A stretch of 64,000 nt of DNA from Marsupella aquatica. Lineage: Eukaryota > Plantae > Marchantiophyta. The stretch lies in the NCBI GenBank assembly GCA_973895155.1, contig OZ316894.1, positions 5,728,944 through 5,792,943 of the forward strand, in the 5' to 3' direction. Under the pieces are notes generated by a model that saw only the letters and a list, made by a program, of their open reading frames with translations, was not told the origin of the DNA and did not search any database. The translations under genes and the position numbers were made by a program. This document shows, piece by piece, positions 50,901 to 64,000 of this stretch; positions within the stretch are counted from its first letter, which is position 1, and each line of letters opens with the position of its first letter.

Positions 50901-52542
50901 TTGGACAATTATTAGCATTTTTAGTGCTTGTAAAAAATGGAGCAAATAACCTCTGTCAGAAAAACCTCAATGTTGAGGTTATAGATACTCAGGACATCAG
51001 AGAACATATATGTTGGAAAAATGTGAGCCTAAACAAAGATAAAAACTTGTCCTTGAAATAAATGCACAAGTTTGCCAAAAATTAACCAACAGTTTACAGT
51101 TGGTCATGGTGTCGGGAGTGTCGGGAAAAATTCCTAACTAAGCGTCCTTTGCAAAAGTGAAACCTCCTTCCAAAAGCAGTTTGTCACTTTTTTTGCCAAT
51201 GTAAATTGATTGATGACTTTATTAAGTCCATACAAACCCCGGTCCAACCAATTAAACTAAATTACCTGGGAAGTTGGTACGGCAGGCTGATAATATTTTC
51301 CAATCACAGTCCCTCTTCTACAACCAAATTCACAGTCATGTTTTGTGCTGGCATCTACAAGCACCTTGACATTGGTCAGAGCTGGCATGTAACAAATCAC
51401 GCTTTGTGACCAATGACGTGAAGTATAATAATTACCTTCCTTGGAAACTTGTGAATAAGTGTAGGTCATGAACACCATGAATGGTGACCATGCCTGACTA
51501 GGATAACCTAAATTTTGCTGTAAACCTAAATTTTGATGTAAATGTGAACAAGTGATCTATAGTTCAACCTAGAGAGTTGAGAAGATATGTTGGCAGGAAA
51601 ATGAAAACGTGTAACTTACTGCTAAATTGCTGTTTGAAACAGCTTGGGGATTGTTGCTTCTACAAATGGACCATGTTACAGAATTATCGATCAACCATGA
51701 GAGTTGACAATTACCCGCCAAGACACTCGATCACTCTCATGTATGGACATCTCAATTAATACTACCTCACACTAGTCCCATTGCTACATGTTACTCATCT
51801 AGCTGCATATAGTCCATGTAGTAGCTGCACAATGATGGTCGGGTGTTGGTTACCACCATGCATTTTTGGTTAATTAAATAATGTTAGCCTTTGTGTACTT
51901 TCCAAAGAATACATTGCACCCTGACATGCATGATATTAACCACTTGAAATTCCAATATATATACTCCTTCTTGAATCAAATTTGGCTTTTGATTGTTAAC
52001 ATCATAGTTAGAGAGACATGATAGCACGTAGAAAGGAACTATTTATTAAGAATCAATTGCCAAGTTATCAAGTCAAGAAGTTAATATAGCCCACTGCAAC
52101 CATGTGCAGTAACTACATATATACTATGATTACTCTCCTAGCTGAAGAAGTCACTAGCTATAATATTTTGCCCCTAGCATATCAATTGGACGCTTCCACT
52201 TCTGCTGTGTTTGTGAATGGCCTATATATGGCGCTACTACGTCTAATTATTTAGTTTGCACAAGAAGTAACTGTGGGTTCAATTGGAGCCCTCAAATGGG
52301 GCTTTTTGTAATTTCTGAACCTAGATGATCTATCAAATATTATGCATGATTAACGCATTATAGACACTAATCAACTAGTGGCAGTCAGTCCAAAATAGTA
52401 TTCTATCTAGTTGCAATGATCTTGCATCATGTAAAATCAAGTTTTAATAGCTATGTATTCTTGCAAACCCGCTTGCACTCAAATTTGGGCAATTGCACCT
52501 GTCATGTGCTTTAGGCCAAGAACTAAAGTGAGCTTAAACTTT

Positions 52543-52548
<6 letters not shown>

Positions 52549-52602
<54 letters not shown>
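52549..52602. repeat. (GA)n microsatellite
   Basis: Perfect GA run of more than 50 nt. Confidence 0.97.
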
Positions 52603-52605
<3 letters not shown>

Positions 52606-53875
52606 TTGACTAAAATCTGTCATCAATTCTTGAGCAAATGAAATGCAAGATTGAGTTTTCTAAAACATATATGCTTCTAGATCCCTGTCAAATTGAAACT
52701 TTCAAACATCATCCATTTGATAGGCTACTTGATAAAGAAAATCTAATCAAAATAATTTTTATATGGAGCAAAATATAATCTAAATAGGCTAAGAATTTGT
52801 TTTTCTATGTACAAAGAACCCGGAGAAGAACCTTATCAAATCTAATTACACATATATGTAAAATGTAAATAATTCCACACAAGACTAAGAGAATTAGAGA
52901 GAGTATTATGTGATTCAAGTTTAATTTCAAAATTATTTAAATATATATGTATATATAGTTTTGATGGATATGTATCTAAAAAATCAGATCAATTGAAAGT
53001 ACTGTATTTTTTTTTATTTAATTTAATTAATAAGATCTTAGTTATTATTATAATTGAACATCCTTGTGAATAGGCAACTCATTTATAGTTGTTTTACACT
53101 TAGGTCTAAGACCCTTAGATAATTCAAGATAATATCTTTGATTGAGGCAATATTAAGAAAATCAAATTCAAAAAGAATTTTAGACTTGATTCAAAATGTA
53201 TGATAAGTCGGTTGCTTCTAATCACATCATATAATATTTGAATGTATCAATTGATTTTGTTGCAAAAAGTTATGAAACAATGAAAGTGTCGAACTGAAGA
53301 GAAATCTAACATAACTTGACGACTTTTTTTTAGCTGTCTTGGTGTGAGATTTCTCTAAGTTTGACACTTCCTTTGTATCATAGTAAATTATATGACTAAA
53401 CACTAGTCATTTTCACATCTTCTTGCAACAGAATCAAGTGACATACTCAGATAATAATAAGATATACAAACAACAAGTCTTGAATGGCCATTGAACAAAT
53501 GTGACTCTGCAAGGGTAACTATTGAAAAGTCATATGGAACAATTAAAAACTTGATTCAATATCTTTCAATATCACCATAATAATATAATCAGAGATTGAT
53601 TCACATTTTGTAACAATGTCACCGTAATATATAGGTTATAGATTTATAAATAGATACTAATATATATAAAGTAACTATTAATAATTAAACTAATATTTCA
53701 AAAATATGTTAAATTATTTAAATATCTTAAAAATGTAATATATTTTAAATCCAAAATTGAAATTCAATCAAATTCATGGTTACAATATTACAACTCGTAC
53801 ACAACACGTAAAACAAATATATATGAGCTAATTATTCACAAAGACATTCAAGTATTCAAATTTACTAGAAACTCA

Positions 53876-53950
53876 ATATATAAATAGGAAGTAGACTTGG
53901 GACACTCAGATTTTATATAAATAGGAAGTAGACTTGAGACACTCAGATTA
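53876..53950. repeat. ~38-bp tandem duplication
   Basis: tataaataggaagtagacttg(g/a)gacactcagatt occurs twice. Confidence 0.9.
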
Positions 53951-54807
53951 TAACTATTCGAGGTTATAAATTAGCAATTAGCAACAATGTAACAATGCGT
54001 ATAGAAAGAAAATCAAACTCATGCTTGCAAACTAGCAACAATGCAACTCATGTGTAGAAGAAAACACCTTAGTTGAGTTGAAGTCATGCAACACTCAAGC
54101 GTGGAAGCCCTCGCTCCATGAACAACACTCAAGTACCGATGCACCAAAGTCTGGGTAATCGATGCGTGTTCCTCGAGCCAGGAGGTATGTAACTACGTTC
54201 AGAGAATTAAATGCTCGAAGCAGTCTTTGATGGAGAGAACATGGCTGCAAGGATCGACTGGTCGATACCTATGCAACAACATAACCAAGAATCCTGATTA
54301 CGAGTGTGAACTATGAACTACAGGTCGAATACACACAAGCAACGAACCCAGCGGCCTCTCCTGTTGATTCAACTCAATCTGCAAGTTAGCTGATCAGACA
54401 GGCGATTGGATTTCTAGCTCGGCGTCGATCCCGTTTACACCATCCCTCTTTCACACTGCCTCCTGCCTTCGATTGTCCGTGATGTACAGCACCGAAGCCC
54501 TTGCAGAATGTAGTCGAAATGCTCAAAACTATTGGAAGAATGCAATTGTGAAGGCATGACAGGAGGGAAACAACTTCAGCTCAATCTAAACTTCTCAGTT
54601 CTGGGGCAAAGGGAAGACGCTGGCGCCGCAGTAACCAATCTATAAGCAGTACTCCGGTACCGCCTCACTAAACGTTGCCTGCAGTGCAATCTGCTGTCCA
54701 ACCTACAAAAGCCTTTGCGTAAAACAATACTTACCATGCAATAACGTAAATTCTCTGTGAGATGAGTGTGAAGCTCCCATGATCGCTGCAGAAGGCAATC
54801 TGTAACA

Positions 54808-55110
54808 GATCGATCTGGATCTTTGAAGACCGCCGACTCATATTCTGCAAAAGAACTTTGTCAGTATTCAACTGTAAACAGCTTGCAACATAACTCACTC
54901 AGAGCACGAAGTCCTTGAATTGATTTGAAGGACAGAAGTCAGAAGAATTTCTTTGTGTTTATATATATAGGGAACACCTTCAAAATCCTTAGAGCACAAG
55001 CTGGACTGGCTCGTACTGTACTGTGGTGGTTACTCTGAGTGTGAGTGTCCTTCGATCAACGCACGTTCTCCTTTTATACGTGCCAGCTGAGAACTGAACT
55101 CGGGCCTGCA
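54808..55110 (-). promoter_or_regulatory. TATA-headed transcription-start module, copy A (paralog of 60754-61040)
   Basis: Minus-strand TATAAAAG at 55071-55078 and a GTGAGT donor at 54898. About 300 bp are collinear with copy B. Confidence 0.55.
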
Positions 55111-55405
55111 CTGCAATGTCTTCCTCTTGGGGCTGTTTGCTTGGACACCTAGAATTCAGACATGAGCTGATTAGTATGCGACTCGACTACATGCCGGGAT
55201 GCAACTTTGCGCCTGGATAGTGTTGCGAGCCTATACTGCTACACTCTTGAACATAGTCTTGAACATACATGCCAGACTGCAACATGAAGACCCTTCTCAA
55301 TTAGTTCAGTTCAGTGTGATGTAAATAGATCAAACATTCGCAAAGTCTGCACGTACGATCGATATCATAATATGTCAAATTCGTTCGTGATCCAGTTCTC
55401 AACTG

Positions 55406-55533
55406 CTGTAACCTCTTTTGCAATTCACATAATTACCTTGAGACGAAGGAATTTGTTCAAAAGTGGTGTAGGCTGTAACCTCTTTTGCAATTCACATACC
55501 TTGCGACGAAGGAATTTGTTCAAAAGTGGTGTA
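55406..55533. repeat. ~65-bp tandem duplication
   Basis: ctgtaacctcttttgcaattcacata...ccttg.gacgaaggaatttgttcaaaagtggtgta occurs twice. Confidence 0.9.
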
Positions 55534-57018
55534 TTGATGACTGTCCGTCGATTGAAAAATTTGTTCGAGGACGAAGCCCCTGTCACGAGTGCCAATGCAA
55601 AGGGACGAAAGCGTGGGATGAATGAAGGTGGAATTGGAATCAACTATGGCTGTTCTCAACTTAGTACCGGACTTAGTACGGGGCAAGCAAGTTGCCGGGA
55701 AGAGTAGGGACGAGAAGGTCAACCGATGCGATAGGCACAAACTACACAGTCACGGAATTGATCATGATATTCGGTTGACGTCAATTTCATTTTGGCATAT
55801 TTGGAATCGAAACGTCTTGAATGCATGATTCGATTGGGGGGAGACACGTCTGGTGTGGCGATCAGAATCCTTGTAAGAATCTTCTGTTTTGACCAGTCAG
55901 AGATTTACGAAAGTACAGCCTTACATTCGACGTCCGTAGACTTGGATTGACCTGCCAAACGGTTGGAACCGATACGTATTACTATGGTGTGACATCTTAT
56001 TTTTCATTTTACATTCGCTTTTGTGTCAGGTAGGAAATTACTCTGCTCAGTAGATCACTCATGATCAGTATTTGCCCATCCAAGATCTCGTTTGTTTTAT
56101 GCGAGTAAGTTTGGCAGGACTGGAGGTGAGTTGGCACTCAATTGGATATTTGGATGCATGCAAGTGCCCATTTTAGGAATGTGGATTGCTCTGTGTCCCC
56201 AATTTGAGGCACTATGTCTGTGAGGGATAATATTGCCTAGGATCGATCTGGACAGTTCCATATGGCGCAACTTGGAGTCTTGGATGATTGGGGAAACGAA
56301 ACGTGACTGCTCTTAATTTGACAGAAAAGAGAATGATGACTATTGATCAGGCTGCTTGGCTAGTGTAGTACCGTCGATAGTGTGGAGTGCCTGTGGTGGT
56401 GTGCCCTCATCACGTTAGGCTATAAAGCCGGCTACGGTTCCAACTCCCGAGTCCCGACGTCGACCTTTCGATTCTTCCCTTCATGATGCTTCTCAGGGAG
56501 AGCCTTCAGTAGACGCAAGAGTCAAGCTAGAGACCAGTAATTTGCCTGGTGCAAACTGTCGTATACGTCCACCAACGTGAACTACGATAATAGGGACAGG
56601 CAAAAAACAGCAGGTCACGACTTAGAGCACTTGAATAGGAATGTACGCAGTAGTTGCATCTGTTTGCGATGACTGTGACTTATCCCGTACAGTAGAATTG
56701 AGGTGGGACTGGAATTTGCCAAATGTTCGTTTCAATATATAATAACCTATGGCCTGAAGAACTTCTAGCCGCGTCAAAAACAGACGCAAATGATTTTATA
56801 TACAATAGGCTATGAAAGCGAAAATACGCGGCATAGAAAGCTGCCTTCGTCTCCAATGTACAGTTTGGAGGCCAGAAAGATATGTCACATTGCCAAAGAT
56901 CGAATAGCTAGACTAACCCAGACTCCCAAAATTATTATATGTCACATTGCCAAAGAACAAACAAACAAACCCAGTAAAAGTCAAATATTGTCACAGCCAA
57001 TGAACTAAACTCAGACTA

Positions 57019-57212
57019 AGCAGCAAACCTAACAGCCTGTAACTCCTAGTAGAATATATACATATAGGGTTATGAAGAGGAAGTTGCGTAGAGACCCTAC
57101 AACCAAAGGCCTCTGAAGTATATATTTTACTCACCAGCAAACTTAACAGCCTGAAATTCCTAGTAAACAGCATATGTAAGAAGGTTATGAAGAGCAATTT
57201 GTGTAGAGACCT
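57019..57212. repeat. ~115-bp diverged tandem duplication
   Basis: agcaaac.taacagcctg.aa.tcctagta...ggttatgaagag.aa.ttg.gtagagacc occurs twice. Confidence 0.75.
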
Positions 57213-58799
57213 CTGACTCTTGTAAAGTAATAAACACGTGCTACACATGCTATCTAAGTAAGGAGGCATTGAGGCTAGAACCTGCGGGACAAGATCTTCA
57301 GTCTACACCAACGACCGTGGATGTATAGGATACTGTCAAAAGAGAGGAGGCAGAGCCCCAAAGATCTCCAAAATAAGCTAGTAAAACAGAATCCCCAAGA
57401 CAACGAGCACAAATGGTAGGAAGCCCTCACATGAAACTGGTCAAACTGCCGGCTAGTTCAGGTCCAAAGTATCTCTAATAAGCGCACAGTGCCTGGGAAA
57501 CCACTCTCGAAATGGAGAGACAAATGCCGACAGAACAAAAGTCAGACAATACCACACCGCCGACAGCCAAACTAAGTGGCAAGCACAGAGAGGAAACAAC
57601 CAGAAAGCCGCAGACAGTAACCCACCAAAAACAGGAAAAGGGGGGAAAAGGAGCCGGCAGCCTGGACGGCGTCCTCTCCCACCCTGGCTCCCACTCGCCG
57701 TCAGTCTCATTGATGCACTCGCAGCCCCTATACCTCCCGCCGCCCCAGCTCCTCCCCGGCTCCGGTCCCTGCCCTCCGCCTCGCCCCACCAGCTCAGCTA
57801 TCATTCAAGTTTTAGGCCAGAAAGGACTTCATTAACTTCAGTATGCTGCATCATTTTACTCTAAAACAGTTCTTATTGCAAAAGTGTTTTTCTTCCATTC
57901 TGCAAAGGAACTAAACGCTCCACTACTAATGCGAAAGGTACATTGAGGAATCTGTCAGATTCGGTGAATGACCCAGACTCAGTCGTTCTGTGGCACCGAT
58001 TCAAGGTTACCACTGAGACTTTTTAGATTCGTTGAACTGGAACGAAGAGCCGTATTGCTCACTGGAGCGGGGATAAGGCTCAGAGAACCTGCTGAACTCC
58101 CATCGATCAACCGCTGCGACATGAACTTTTGGAGATATCATTTGATAGTTTCACCACATTCTGCCGCTAGTTGGACCAGAGACTGAGTAAAGGTTGCCTC
58201 CATATGATGATTGCTATCCAACCACTAATTATATATCGTTTCATGGCTCAGACTTGTGGTGAAATGTGCACTCAGTCACGTACAGCCAACATTAGGTTGA
58301 TACATGCGATAACTTTGGCTTGATAGGTTTGGCTGGCACTTATCTGTACATCAGTGTGCCAGCGATGTTACGTGTGCCGCAGCAAACCAGGAGCACGGTC
58401 TGTTGGGACACTTCGTTTCAAGACCAGAAGAAGCGGATGACATCTGCAATCCGGTGTCCGCAGAGAACAGCTACGTAAGAGCTTCTTCACCTATCGTAGT
58501 TACTTGCTGCACAGGTATCAACGTACACCGTTCGATTAAAAGTGCAATCGTGCACTACTTTATAAAAGAGCTCTTGGCGATCGAGGAGCTATAGGAGATA
58601 AGAGAATTACAAAAAGAGTGGAATCTGGAGAGACCCAAGATAGCTCAGAGGACCAAGAAAGTGGAACTTTAAGCAGACAATACGGAAGAATGCTCATAAT
58701 TATGTCTACTGAGCAAGAAAAGAATAGAACACACTCACCATGACTACACCCTACCGTTGACCAGAATTCTATTCAAATAATGACTGCAATCACACCGTC

Positions 58800-59032
58800 T
58801 ATCTACTCTACCCTACCCTACCCTACCCTACTCTACTATACTCTACGCTACTCTCCTTTACTCTACTCTCCTCTACTCTACTCTACTCTGATTCAACGGT
58901 ATTTGTGCCGGACACCTGTTTTCAATTACGCAAGGTACTAGATGAATACGCTCCTCTACTCTACTCTACACTAATTCCACGGTATTTGTGCCAGACACCT
59001 GTTTTTAATTACGCAAGGTACTAGATGAATAC
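58800..59032. repeat. (CTACT/CTACC)n pentamer tract plus ~82-bp tandem duplication
   Basis: A ctctaccctaccctac...ctactcta tract. The unit acggtatttgtgcc.gacacctgtttt.aattacgcaaggtactagatgaatacg occurs twice. Confidence 0.9.
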
Positions 59033-60753
59033 GGGGATCAATAGCTGCACGACCTTGAAGGATGAGGAGAACGAAGGATCAATTCCGTTGCTCAAACTAC
59101 CACATTACTGACACATCGATCGATGATCTAGAAATCTCGAATGCTCAATAGAGTGTCCTAAGCTTTAATTAAATACAACGAGGTAGCGAATCAACTTGGA
59201 CTCCGGTAAACAAGCAGATATGAAATACACAACTGAAGAGAGAATAACAAACAGATTTCAAAACATGGTTTCAGCCCGGCTTTATCTAAGGGACCACACA
59301 TTGCTGAAAGCTTGCATGTTGACAGCTGTAGCTTGAGCCGGGAGCGGGACAGGGTGAGGATCATTCTTAACGTTGAACGCTGACGCTTGCAGCCGCCTTC
59401 GTCTGTACGACAGCACCAGATTGAATTGCGATATATATAGAAGAAACGTTTCATCAACAACTGAGACGGTCTAAAATATGTCCTGATATAAAATATCCAT
59501 GCATGAAATCAAATTGTTATTTCTCGGGGTTTCATTTCCCCGACTTGATGCGCCTTTGTGGAGAATAATCATGATAGCATGATGGAATTAATGAATTTCC
59601 TTGGGGAGTTACTTGTGGTAGCCCCCATCTTAGAAAGGGAATGGAATGATGAAGAAAGCGTCACTTTATCGCTACACTTAATCGCTCAAAACTTCACCTA
59701 AATGTTTGCATTTCCGTCTATGTCATCTGAGGCAGTTGATACGTGCAGCTGGTCCATTAATTCTTCCAATCACATTCCCTCATCTGAACCCATCTTTTCG
59801 CATGTTTCGCGCCGGCATCTGCGCCCTCCGTGGTGTCATCGATGAGAGCTGGCACGTCAGTATTCACTTTCTCATTGTGTATGTTGTTGGACAACTTGAA
59901 ATTTATGATGCAATTTTCTTGTAACTTGTGAAGAATTGTAGCTCATGAACTCCAGGAATGTGAGTCATGTGCGGCTAAGATAACTTAAGTTTTCTTACAA
60001 ATTTAAACAAATAATCTACAAGTCTAGAGAGTCTAGAAGCTAAGATACGTTCGCAGGAAAATGCAAATGTTGACTAAATTTGATGGTGAAACAGCTCCGG
60101 GACCCGCTCCGGGATTGTTTCTTCGAGTCGATCATGTAACAGAATTAAAGTGATGGATAAAACAGATGGATCGAGGATGAGAGTTGACAACCCGTCCAGA
60201 CACTCTACCCCCATCGCTATCTTTTACTTCAGTTGCATACAGTCCGACCAGTAGCTACACGCCAATGCATCATTTAAAGTTAGCCTTCGTGCAATTTCAG
60301 ACGACTTCATGGCACCTTGGCATGCATGATTTCAACCACTTAAAATTCCAATACCCTTTCTTCCGAATCGAACTCGAGCTGTTAATCAGTAGAAAACCTT
60401 AACATGATAGACATGATCGCAGGTCGAAGAAACTATTTATTCGTAATTAATTGCCTGCTGCTTACGAAGTTATATATAGCGTACGGCAAGCATGTGCAGA
60501 AACTACGCCACGCCTACACTCCTAGCTCAAGCTTTCTCCACTAGCTTATCAGCTAGACGCAAGCTTGCCAATTATACGGAAGCCGATCAATACTGGACGT
60601 AAATGTTGGCAAATTAAGCCACTTCTGCGGTGTTTGTGGAAGGCTTAGCTTTGTTGAATAGTCATATAGCGGTACTGGGTCTCACTACTTTTGTACATTC
60701 AAGAGGTAACTATATATCGATCTTTCAACAGTATGGAGATCCGATTGTAACCT

Positions 60754-61040
60754 CAATCTGGATCTGTGAAGTCTGTCGACTCGTATTTCCAAAACAGCTT
60801 TGTCAATACTTATTGACTGTAAATAGCTTGCCAACTCACTCAGGAGCACAAACGTTTTGAATTAATTGGTTTGAAGGACCGAAGTCATAAGATTTTCTTC
60901 GTGTTTGTATATTAGGGAACATCGTCAAAATCCTTACAGAGCAAAAGCTAGACCTGGCTTGTAATGTACTGGGTGTGACTGTCCTTCAACGAACGTTTTC
61001 TATTTATATGTGCCAGCTAAGAGCTGAACTTGGGCCTTGC
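60754..61040 (-). promoter_or_regulatory. TATA-headed transcription-start module, copy B (paralog of 54808-55110)
   Basis: Minus-strand TATAAATA at 61001-61008 and a GTGAGT donor at 60839. Collinear with copy A. Confidence 0.55.
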
Positions 61041-62396
61041 CAGCAAGAGACTCAGTATACTCGATCAATCGGCCCACAGAACTACAATGATTCATTATCA
61101 CGTGCCTGGACGTGGCAGATTCGAGCTGCTGCTTGCGCAGTCCAGACTAATGGGCAGGCTAGTACTGAAATAGTTCCAGGCAGTCCACGGCTGGCTGTAG
61201 GTTACTCGTTGAGGCATTAGTATTTGACTATACGTCAACTCCACGCCAGTAGCGTTCCCGCACCTCCGTCCCTACTACCCAACTCCCATCCCCATATTCG
61301 CCTTCATGATCACGTGGCCCGGCCCACGCTTCACCAAGTCGATCAATACTGTTCGAGATGATCTCATCAAAACTTCTACAGCACTCTACTTCAACTGTGG
61401 TTTCGTTCAAATGGGCTGAATGTTTGGCTTCTTCAGCTGTCGACACATCATATTCGATTCATACAGTAGGAGTCTCAAGAAATGGCTGCAAGGAAACCTC
61501 CACGGACCTCTTTTCTGCTTAGGGCAGGGCAAGTTTTCAGCACACATTGCATTGAAGTGGTAGTGAGAAAATAATTGTCGTAAACGGAGTACCATAGAGA
61601 AAGACAGTGAGCGATCTGGTACACCTTGTTGTAACCTAATACGCTGCTGTGATAGATCGGGCTAGTACGTTTCCTTCCAAGTACCAAGAGTCGGGTGACC
61701 TATGATGGTCCCTCCGTCTCTTTACCTCTCCTCTCCTGCGCAATTGATCGATGGCCACTTCCCAACAAAGAAGTGCTGAGGGAAAGACTTACTCAGGTGC
61801 AAATTAATGTTCTTATTCAAGCTATATATGTATGATAAGACAGTGTCGGAGTTTACATTCCACCAAGATCCAACCTCCCTCTCTCTCCTCCAAATCGGTG
61901 GCTTGTTCCCAAGTCAGAAATGTTGAGGACGAAGGAGGGCCCGTGTTTGGTTGTTGGTGGGACTGAAATGCGACTCTCTATTATGATGAATTATGATCTA
62001 GAAAAAGAGCACTTGCACCTGAGTCAGTCTAGTGATATCTTAGCCAGGTACACAAAACCCAATAATGTATACAAATTACCTCTTAGTAACCAGTTCGCTG
62101 ATAAATTTGTTCCTATTCTTCTTGCTGTGATATGATTCACTTGGAGCTCGTTGGGTTTTGTGATTATTTTTATTTAATAGCAATGGACTAGACGCAGTTC
62201 AATGTATAGGGGTTTGCCCACGTTTCACTTGTTCCTTAAAAGCATCTTATGCTAGAAAGTTATTCATTAGTGTGAGAATTATTTGTCGTTAAGGTGGTAT
62301 CCACAATTCTCATGTGTAGGAAAGGATTCCAAGGTTGCAAAGCTTGCAATCAAGCAATCAAGATTGCTCTGGCCACCGACATGGTACCTTGAGGAC

Positions 62397-62488
62397 AGAA
62401 GTGGTGATGAAATAAGAGACAAGATACTTTTTGGACAGAAGTGTTGATGAATAAGAGACAAGATACTTTTTGGACAGAAGTGTTGATC
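62397..62488. repeat. ~40-bp tandem duplication
   Basis: aataagagacaagatactttttggacagaagtgttgat occurs twice. Confidence 0.9.
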
Positions 62489-63773
62489 TGTCAGGGTAGC
62501 TTGGGACAGGAGTGTAAGGAACAGCATCCAAGCGTATCTCTCTGTATAGTCTAGTCTATCCAAGTTTGGCTTGTCCATGGGGGTTTCATGAACAATGTAT
62601 CAGTCCATCCGGGCTTTAAGTGCAGAATACAAAGAAAACCAAAGTGTATATATTCAGGACACACCATACTGGTCCCTTGAAGGCAGGGCTTGCTCAGACC
62701 ACCAATTTCCAGCTGTATCGTCAGGTAATATTGAGCAATCTTCCAACTCTTCGATCACCTACTAATTATGAGTATAGACTGAAGAGCCAATTTTCTTGGA
62801 AAATCACCAAGTTCTGCCTTTACTGCTCATGCCAAGAAAATGTTTGCATCGTTCCACAGCTCATGCCAAGATTTTATATGGAAATATAGTTGACATGTCC
62901 CACCAGCTCCTGACCATATTAGGCTCCCAATGCTCTATCGATATCTGTTATTCTTTTTGAGATCATGGAGCATGCTGAGTATGTGAACAAAGCAAAACGA
63001 AGTCATGCTGGCGCTCTAACTTGATATTCACTAATTCACAGGTCACTAGTACAACATGACATGCAAGGTTGTTCTAGGTGGTAAGAAAATCTTTAATCCC
63101 TAGGTAAAATACTCCACCTCATAGGGAAATACAAACTTCTTATGGAAAGGGCCAAACAGAGTACAAAAGAACAAACAAATGAGGTCCAAAGACTGCAAAA
63201 ACCAAACTCAAAAGAAAAGGACTCATGACTGACTTCTGAGACTGAGACTGTGCCCTAGTCCACTTACCGGAGCCTGATACAGTACATGCGTTAGCTTGTT
63301 TACTGAGGTAATCTTTCACTTCATCTCAAATCTCGGTTTGGGACCCAAATCTAGGGAACAACGGTACCTTAGCATCGTGCATGCAAGTACGAATTCAATT
63401 TTAAGGGGATTATGTACTAGCCCAAGTCAAGAGACAAGGGCTAGCTCCGTCATGCATACTTTACTTGCATGTGATGTTCACAACGGAGGGGCCAACTCAA
63501 GCCAAGATAATGTATTGTAGTAATGCGCAGTACCCAGCCGTGCTGCGCATGGGGAATCTCTCTAGGCTGAGCTATTGTCACCCAGATGGAAAGTTTGCCA
63601 GTGGCCTACTAACACTTGATACTTTAATTTGTTACTGGTTATGGACAAACAAACCTACCTATTCGGATGCAAGGTCCTGGCAATGGTAATTTATTTTTAA
63701 GCACGTGGATATTGCAATACTAAAAGTCAAGCCAGTAGGTCTTTGAGCATTTGTTCCTCACCGGCATTGTTAT

Positions 63774-63829
63774 GCACTCCCACACACGTTTGCACTCCCA
63801 CACACGTTTGCACTCCCACACACGTTTGC
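63774..63829. repeat. 18-bp tandem repeat, 3 copies
   Basis: tgcactcccacacacgtt x3. Confidence 0.95.
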
Positions 63830-64000
63830 CCTTCCGTTGCTACATGAGCAATTGAATAAAATGTTTTGACAGTCAGCAGCCTGCTTACTCGTGAGGCTTT
63901 TCTCGCTGATTAAGGATTACAGAAAAAGTAGTCTTTGAAATTTCGTTTCTATCCAGCCAGGATAATTATACACATTGGCATTTGATCCCCTTTAAGAATC

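Noticed and set aside
48300-52000. Lys/Glu-rich minus-strand frames and gccacactggattc repeats
   Set aside because: The frames are stop-riddled with no diagnostic domain or termini, so it is left as unclassified repeat debris.
54215-54240. miR477-like sequence (CTCTCCATCAAAGACTGCTTC, minus strand)
   Set aside because: It has several mismatches to the family as I recall it, and no complementary arm was found nearby.
60604-60660. Plus-strand hairpin, possible pre-miRNA
   Set aside because: It is short, relies on many G:U pairs, and does not fold on the strand implied by the adjacent TATA module.

Overview
Eukaryotic nuclear DNA from a land plant, most likely a bryophyte and probably a liverwort. 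This is inferred from the spliceosomal introns, plant-type gene families and long CT/GA-rich leaders. Five intact protein genes can be built from the sequence: a 3-exon DUF506/PDDEXK-like gene (+), a 4-exon bacterial-looking classical SDR (+), an IMPACT/Yih1 RWD+UPF0029 gene (-), a ~13-exon AUGMIN subunit 6 gene (+) with two GC-AG introns, and a mitochondrial-type ClpP2 (+) with no coding intron. Between them lie an orphan ORF truncated by a foldback MITE, a decayed LRR pseudogene, a Helitron-end-bounded minisatellite block, a deletion-mosaic partial copy of the AUG6 locus, two paralogous TATA-headed modules without a conserved ORF, and many small tandem duplications. I found no rRNA, tRNA, CRISPR array or prokaryotic-type multi-gene system. 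The best leads are the possible horizontally acquired genes, the AUG6 mosaic copy and the twin TATA modules.
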